Position numbers and translations under genes: made by a program | Shown: positions 50,101-59,100 of the stretch, one piece after another | Layout of the letters: each line of letters opens with the position of its first letter | How positions within the stretch are numbered: position 1 is the stretch's first letter | Source of the DNA: a virus | IMG/VR virus record: IMGVR_UViG_3300042398_001156 | Coordinates: 11,917 to 75,916 of that record | DNA length: 64,000 nucleotides | Strand: one strand, 5' to 3' | The notes under the pieces: generated by a model | The model's input: the letters and a program-made list of their open reading frames with translations, nothing else | Told to the model about the DNA's origin: nothing | Database searches by the model: none

Positions 50101-53100
50101 AACATTTGTATCAGGCACATCTTCATTTTTTAAAACAATAGTATCTAATCTATTGTTTATATCTTCTACATATGTACCTGCGTTAATTAAATAACTGACA
50201 GAATTATAAATATCTCTTAAGATACTATTTTCAAATACATCTTTTTTTGGATTTGTTTCAAACGTTCCCGTAGCTTCTAAAGCTTTAACACGTTTAATGT
50301 TTTTACGTATTTCTTTATCTCTAAATCTATCAACAGCGTCACTCCAAGACCATTTAGCGCCTTCAAATTTTTGATTAATATAAATAGATTTAATCATATT
50401 TAATAATGAAACAAAGACAAAAGCATTATCATTAGAACTAAATTTATTTATTAGTACTATCATTAAGTCATCAACAGTTTTGTACACTTCAAATAATCTT
50501 ACAATTTCTTCATAGTCAGTAAATCCTATTTCAGCAAAAAATTGTCTAATTTTATTAACGCGTGTTATTTCATCGTGTTCAATTTCTTTACCATAAGCAT
50601 GTGTGTATCCTAATATAAATTTTTTAAAATATGACATAAAATCTTTACTATCATTTAGTAAAGGTATTTTCATTAAACTATATAACTCGTAAGGACTTTC
50701 AAATTTATCTTCTGATTTTTTACTTCTAAAGCTAGCCATTACTTTATAAACATTATCATCAATAGGAAGATTTAAATCACCTGTAATAGTTCTAAATTTC
50801 TCAACTTCTATATTATAACTTTTTAGGTACTCTTCAAAAATTTCAACGGTAGTAACTTGATTTTTTCTTTCACGATAAAAAATTAAATTAATAAACATTT
50901 CAGTTATATTACGTATTTGTGGGTCTTGAATATTATCTAAGTATTCATTAACGCTTGCATATTTTACTTGAGGTATAGTGGTGTTTTGGTCTATTACAGC
51001 TACTTTATTAGTAGCACCAAACATCGTATCTTCTAATTTATCTATGATACTTTCGATTGTTTTATTAATATCTAAATTATTAAAAGATAATCCTGGAACA
51101 AGTGCAATTAACTGCACTATAATTTCAGACATACTTGTAACTATTTTTCCGCCTTCTGCGTTAGGGTCGTCTAATGTGTATGTTCTAAATTCTTCTTTAG
51201 GTTTTTTATACCAAGCTGCCACATCTTCTTTATTTTTTTTAATTAAATCAGCTAGTATTGAATTGATAGTATCTTTAGTATTGGGGTCTGCTGCTAAAGC
51301 TTTTTCATACAACATAAAAGCTTCACCACCTAAACGAACAGTAGGGGTTTTTCTTGCGTTTGTACTAATCTTTGTTAAGTAAGTACTTATAGTTTGCTTC
51401 AATAACATTTCTTGTAAACGTAATACTTCATCCTTATTTATACTATCTAAGTTATTATTAAGTTTTAAATCAATAAACATCTTTCCAAAGTTATATAACT
51501 TTTCATAAGAAGAAGATATATTTTGAAATTCATCTTCAGGCAAAGCTTTAATACCCGCTACAAATTGTTCTAAAGTAATGCCTGGTTGACCTAGATACGT
51601 GGCAAATGATCCGGCTACGGATATTAATAGTCTTTTAATATCTAAAAAGTCTTCATCTTTTAATGTATTAAAAACTGTATCTTGATCAATATTAAAAAAC
51701 GATAAAGCGTTTATTAAATCTTCGTTTTTAAAATCTCCGTATTCAAAAATATTTTTATTATTCTTAATAACATAAAGTAAGTTAGACCAGTTTAAATTAA
51801 TAGAAGTGCCTTTAATTCTTGCGTTACTTTCTTTAACTTTTTCTTTATAAAATTTACGTGTTTTTCTAACGCTTCTAGCTATTTGTGTTTCTAAAGTAAC
51901 ACCATCGGTTTGTTTAAGATTAAACATTTCTTTTAATCTTTGTATACCATAAAGTCTTTCTTCTACACGGTTAACAGTATTAAACATTGTTAGATTTTCA
52001 TTATACTTATTATTATCATTAATAAAGTTTGTATTAGCTTCTCTTAAAATTTTTATTCTAGCCGATATTTCTTGTGCTGTAATAAAAAATTCTAAACCAC
52101 TAGTAAAATATTGTTCAAGTTTACCAATAATTTTTTTATAAAAACTTTCTTGTATATATTTTAACTTTGTAATAAAAGAATAAGTAGTATCTTTTAATTG
52201 CTCTAGTGTGTTTAAAAAAACTTTATTGTATATGTCGTTATAGTTATCAAAGTCGATGTCAGAGTCTTTGTATTCTTTTTGCATAACGCTTAAAGCTTCT
52301 TTAACTTTTTCAAGTAATGTAACATCGCCAATTTTAATGGTCGTTAAATAGTTGTATGTATTTGGATCTGATTTACTTACATCTCTTTCAAGGTTATCTA
52401 GATCGTACCCATCTTTTATATATTGATTAACAAAAAATATTTTACCAACAACATCAAGGTTATAACCTTTGTATCCTAATAGTTCGTTAAATCGTCTAAA
52501 CGCTAATTCTTTTTTAGCAAGTCTAAACAATTTTTTAAAGTCATTTGTTTTAGTATAATCTAAAGCAATCGTATTACCAGGTTCCACAATTGCATATTGT
52601 TTAAATAACACAGCATACTTTTGTAAACGTTCAACAACATAATCATAGTGTTCTTGTGTAGTTTTAAAAGGTGTACCTGCTGTATCTTGTTGAGCTCTTA
52701 AACGTTCTACATTTTCTAAATCATTAATAAAGCCGTTTAAGATTCCACCTTTATTACTTTTAACGTTTAATATATTTGTTTCAACTTTACCTTTAATTTT
52801 GCCGGTAGTAGGATCTTTAATTACAATATAATCAAAATAATTAACGTATTTAAATGTATTAGACATTTCTAAAATATCAGTAAACTGTTGTGGAGTTACA
52901 ATAAAAACTTCTCGCGCTCTATTGTTTTTTGTTTTAACACTATTTTCTAATATGTATTTTAAAGAGGAATCTATTTCAAAATTATTACGATTTATTATTA
53001 ATACATATTTATCATTAGAACTATACACATCAAAATTTGAGGAGTCTATATTACTTTCCGATAATTTAGTTTTTAATTTTGAATTTAATTCTAATGTTAA

Positions 53101-56100
53101 AGACTGGTCATTCTTTTTAATAATCTCTTCACCAATAAGACTATTGTAACTTGGTAAACCTTTTACATTATTTTCATTTACATTGCTTGTTCCATCTAAA
53201 GCATAGTGTTCAACAACAAAATAGGTAGTCTTATTATTTTCTATTGATTTTGCAATGACATAAGGATATTCGTCTGTACCCTTTGTATTAAAAAACACAC
53301 GTTCTAACTCTTCAGGATTGTTTAATAAATAATTAAAAAGTTCATTTGGTTCTTCTACTTTTTTATTTTCAATATTTTTACTTACATCTTCATAAAATTT
53401 AATGCGTGCTTGTATATCAATTAATTCAAACTCTAAAGTTTTAATTTGTTCTTCAATAGCGGGAGTCATATCTTTATAACCTTTTAAAATATTTATACGG
53501 CGTATGTTAGATGTTTCTGTATTTTGTAAATTTTCAATGTTTATTTGTTTAGCAAATCCTTTTGTAGTAGTTGCTTGATAAAATGCTATTTTTTCTACAA
53601 ATAATTTTTTAATGTCTTCTGGAATTTTTTTATTTAAAGGATCAATTACACTAAGAATAAACACAGCTTCAATTGTAGAAGGTTTTTGTATTTTAGTACC
53701 ATTAAAGTCCATTGTTAAAATAGGATCTTTTAAAATATTTTTAGCGTTAACCCAAGCATCATGAATACTAGAACGTAAATAAATACTAATGTTACTTGTT
53801 CTATCTTTGTTTACAACTGTTTCTAATATTTCTTTAGTGTTAAGTCCGTCGTATAAAATTTTAAAACCTACATTGTTAAGAAGATCATACTCTGCGTCAG
53901 TTCCTTTAAAACTTTCTCTAGATACATCAATAGTATCATAAATAATATTACGTCCATATTGACGTGCTAAAGCATAATACTCAGTAAGTAATTTACTTCC
54001 TACTTGTGCAGATTTAGCAGGTGTCATGTTTGTAGAATTTTTACGTAGCGTATCAATAATTGCGTATATAGTTTTAATATTAACGTGACGTTTTAACACG
54101 TAATTAAGTAAATATGTTTTTTCTGGCACAGCTTTAGGGTCAGATTTTTTAATATAAATAGCAATACGTCCATCTTTTTCTTCTTCAAAGTATGCTAACT
54201 CTCTTAAATCAACAGATTTTTTATTGTAACGATCAACTTCAATAGAAGCGTTTAACAACCAAACTGTTTTCATTAACCCTGTAGTTAATTTATTTAATAC
54301 AGTATCATCTTTATCTGGGTCTACAAGTACTTGCATATTTCCTAATGTAACAATGTCATTTAAAATATCAAAATGCTTTTGGTCTGCAATTGTTAAAGCT
54401 TTATACACATCCGTGCTTAATGTATAACGACGTTCTGTAAGATTATTTTTATCTTTAATTTCAACTGCACGAATACCATCATTAACAAGATCACGTAAAT
54501 AACGATGTTTATTGTTAAATGGATTACGCCCTTGAAACATTCTAATAAATTTAAATAAAGCATCTCTACTTATTTTTTCATAAATTTCTTCTTTTATAGA
54601 AGGGTCTTTATTTATAATACGATTTACAAAATCATCATATTCTTCTTTAGAGTACAGTGGATTTAACTTACCTAAGTAATCTGAAACAGCTTCACTAACA
54701 GCTACAAAGTACATACGATTAATACGTCTATCTTCACCTTTTTGTAAACCTATTTTAATTGTAATAGGCTCGTCTGCACTATATATAGATGTAATTAAAC
54801 GTACTTTGTAACTTGTACTATCATAAGTTTCTCCACGTTTAGAATAAAGTTTAACTTTTTTGCCGACCGTACTATTACGTAGTGCATCAAAATCAATTTT
54901 AATATCGTTTTTATTTGCAAGCCTTACAAGTTCTTCTGCAAGTTTAGTTAAATAGTACAGATGTCCTTCAGAACGTCTGCCATATTTTTTAAGAAATTCG
55001 TTATAACTCTTAAAAACAACTTCTTCTACAGTACTTGATTCATTAAAGTTTTGATCTGTACTTTCTGCAAACTTGGACATGACAAGTTTAAAAGTAATAT
55101 CTTCTATAAAGATTGCCGACTTACCAGAAAGAATATTTATTAAAGCAGTATATGGATCTTGTTTACCTTCAATTTCTTTAATTGTTATGTCAAATAATAA
55201 ATTACTTAAAACTTCTAAAGGCATACTTTCACTCAGCCTTGCTACTGTTTTTTCTTTTTCAAGATCTTTTTTTACATCAGTTTTTATTTCTTCTTTACGA
55301 TCTTGTTCTTCAAAACGTTCTTGTTTTTTTTCTTCTAATTTTTGTACACGAGCTACTACTTGTTCTCTAAATGTACCTTCTTCATTTTCATCTTGTTCAG
55401 AAAGTATTAACGCAGCTTGTGCTTTGTATCCTTCACGATTTTCTAAAAACTCAATAAACAAACTATTAATAGTATTTAAACGATCTGCAGCTTCTACAAT
55501 GTTTAAACGTTCATCTTTGTTTAATTTTTCAGGAAGTAAATTACGCGTCGCATCTAAATTTAAAAATAAATTTACATCTTGCACTACTGGGTTTAATGAA
55601 AAATAATAAGCTTTTATAAAAGCAAACATTTTATCATACTGTAATTGTTGATTAACTTCTTTTAAAGTTTTAAGAATAATTTCTTTAATGATTTGTTTTT
55701 CTATTTTAGTTTTGTCTGTATCGTTTTCACGTATAGTTGTTAGTTTTTTAATATCATCGTTTAATTGTACAAATCGTTTGTTTAATAAATCTAATCGATA
55801 TGCAAAAGTACCTTCTTTACGTTCTAATAATTTAGAAAATACAACTTCTCTTAATAACGTTAAATTACTTTCTTCTAAACTTACTGGTGTTTCTTTTGAA
55901 CCTTTAGCAATAATGTTGTCAATTAATGCAATGACTTCAAAAATACCACCGTATTGTTTAATTGTATCTACATTAATTAAATCACTAAAACCTGCTTTAT
56001 TGATAACATTCATAAGCATTTCATATTTTTCTTCAACGTCTGTTTTCTTAGACCACACTATAGCAAAGTCTTTAAGATCAGTAGTAGCTAAACCTCGTAA

Positions 56101-59100
56101 CAATACATCTATATCTGTTCCTGGTTTTAATAAACCAAATATAAAACTAAACACACCTTGTTCAACAGTACGTGTGTATGTTAATGAAACATCTACTAAC
56201 TTAAATTTAGCTTGATTTGGTTTAATTAGTTTTAAACTAGCTACAGTTTGTTGGTTACCTTGTTCATCTTCATATGTAGCAGCTACTTTAATTCCGTATA
56301 AGTTAGCAATTTTAACAAGTTCATCCATGCTGCCGTTTTCAACAAAGTCTTCTACAAATTTAGCACGGCTAAAAGTATTACGTTGAACGTCTTTATCTGG
56401 TACTTTACCTGTTTTAACATCATTCAAAGATTCTTTAAGAACTTCTATACGTTTACCAAGAGGCTCTAATGCTTCTTGTATTTTAGATTTTTCTTGTTCA
56501 AGGTCAATAATTTTACGTTGAGCAGCAAGAGCTTCTTCATTTATTTTTTTAACACCTTCAACAGATTCAGTTATTTTATATTCGTTACGATCAACAGTCA
56601 TAATTGTTGATTCATATTTAGACACATCAAGTAACTCAGATGGTGAAAGTTTTTTAATTGGATTAATATAAGTATCAAAACCTTCAAAACCAGAACCATC
56701 TAAAAGTTCATAGTCTATTTTTACATACTCAACTAAACCTGAAATAGGATCATTTTCGCTACCACGTTTAGTTTCTTTTTTTGTAATACGACCTACAACA
56801 AAACCCTTACCTTCAACCGTTACTAAAATAAAATCGCCAACTTTTACTTTAGTTGCTTTTTTATAAACTGGTTTTGTACCTGCTGACGCTGTTAATTTTT
56901 TTGTTGCTATAGCATTTTTTGCGCCTGTATTAGCAGCCTTTGCTGAATTTACAACAACTTTTAATTTCTCAACTTCTTTTGTTTTTTCGTCTAAACTTTT
57001 ATTTAAACGTTCAACATCTTTTTCAATGTCATCTAACTCTTGTGTAATTAAAGCACTAGTTTTTACTAACTCTGTAGTATTACTATACATACGTAAACTA
57101 CTTACAACTTTTAATAAGTTAGCTAAAGTCTTTTCTATATCTAATGTTAATTCGTTTTTAACAACAAGAATTACTTTTATAGCATTCATTACATTTGCAG
57201 TAACTTTATAATACTCAGTAACATGGTCGTAATTTAATAAAGCATTCTTTTTTGCACGATACATTAAAACGTTTCTGTCTTTTTGTTTAACACCTTGTTT
57301 TACAAAGTCATCTAAATTATCTTTATGATCAGCTTCAAACTTAGCTACTTCATCTCTAATAGTTTTCGCATTAGATTTAGATATTCTTATTTTAATACCA
57401 GCGCCTGTTTCATAATTTATAACTTGTTCATCAATATATTCTTGATCAGCTTCAAGTTGTTTTGTATTAGAATCTAACATTGCTTGTAAACGATCAGTAT
57501 TTTCTTTGTTTGCTTCTAACTCTTCTTTAACAGTAGACGCATCTAACTCTGTTTTTACAGCAGCGTCTACTAAAATTTTCATTTGTTCGTTTTCTTTTTT
57601 AGTCCGGTTTAAAACAGATTCAAATGTATCATTACTTTTTTGAAGATCAGTTTTGTTTTTTAAATCTTCTAATAATTGTTTAGTAACTTTGTCTAAAGAT
57701 TCTTTAACATCTTTAACGTTTTCAACTGTGACTGCGCTTTGTTTAGCATCAATATTATTTGTTAAAAAATTTTTAAAAGAAATAATGCTACTAACTAATC
57801 CTTTAGCTGCAATAGACATTGGGTTAGATAAATGTGTTATAAACCCTGCTAAAACATCAACATTATCAATATGGTTTTTTAAAGATTCAAACTGTGTATA
57901 TAATTTAGCAGCAAGAGTTGGCGTAATTTTAATATCTAATTCTTTATAAGCTTCAAATAATAAAGTCGGTTCATCTTTATTTGCACCGTATGTTTTTTTA
58001 AGTTCTCTAAAAGTATTATCAAATCGTTCGATTAATTTTTTTTCATCAGCAGTCAAAACATTTTTTGTTTTTAAGGTTTGATATTGTGTGTAGTTATCTT
58101 GAATTTCTTTTTTAAATTCAGAAGATCCTACCATGTAATTATAATTAGGATTTGTAAAAACATTATTTAATAAATTATTAACTGCTACAATTTGTGGGTC
58201 TAAATCTGTCATAAGAACTTTTGCTTTTTCGTTAAGTTGTACGCCAGCGCTAACATACTGATTAGTTAAAAAAGTTTTTACACCTTTTGCACCATTAGTC
58301 ATCCAAGCTTTAACTAATCTTTTAGCTAGTACTTGTTTAACATTTCTGTCTAATCTATAACTAAAAATACCTAAACTATCAACTGCTTTTGGTAGCCCAT
58401 CAATTTTAGCAACTCCTCCACCAGCCATTTTTATTTTGTTACCTTCGTGTTCCATAACACGTGCAATAACAGAAGCACCAATTTCGCTTGTGTATTCTTC
58501 GTAATACTTATTAATTACTTCTCTAGCATTTTGAGGGTCTATTAAAAGCTCTCCTAATGTAGAAATAGCAGAGTTACCAAGCTCACCTAAGTTTATTCCA
58601 GCAGCTTCTCTGATGTCATCAAACATAACAGAACTGTATAATTCATCACTTGTTCCCCAAGATTTTGCAAGAGCATCAATCATAGCCTTTGAATCACCTT
58701 TAACTAAACCTAGTAAGATAGATTTGTTTCTAGTAGCTCCGTATAAGTTATCGTTAATATCTCCATACACAGAAATAGCAGAAACAAAACTTACTTGATC
58801 TGGGTCTGCAGGTTTCCAAGGACTGTATTTTTCATCTAAAGGAGCAGTAAATGCACTTATACCTTGTAATGTCATCATAGATAAACCAGCTCTTACTTGA
58901 TTACCTATAGCACTTGTTCCTAACCAATTAGCTGTTTGTCTTAATAAATTTTTTTCTCCTAATAAATATTTAGGTTTTAATTTTGTACCTACGTTAATTC
59001 CACTACCAACAAGATTAATTAAAGCAGGCACAGCTATAGTAGATACAATGGTTGCAATACTACTTAGTGGACGTTGCGCCATCCCTGAGTACAAGTTTTG

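Noticed and set aside
37115-58798. Many + strand and off-frame ORFs within the giant gene (e.g. 55073-55606, 55688-56215, 50978-51382)
   Set aside because: Antisense shadows of a Lys/Glu-rich frame; Ser/Phe/Leu-biased, no SD. The same applies to 2068-2250, 3476-3760, 8190-8534, 12193-12462, 17626-17901, 60972-61241 and similar.
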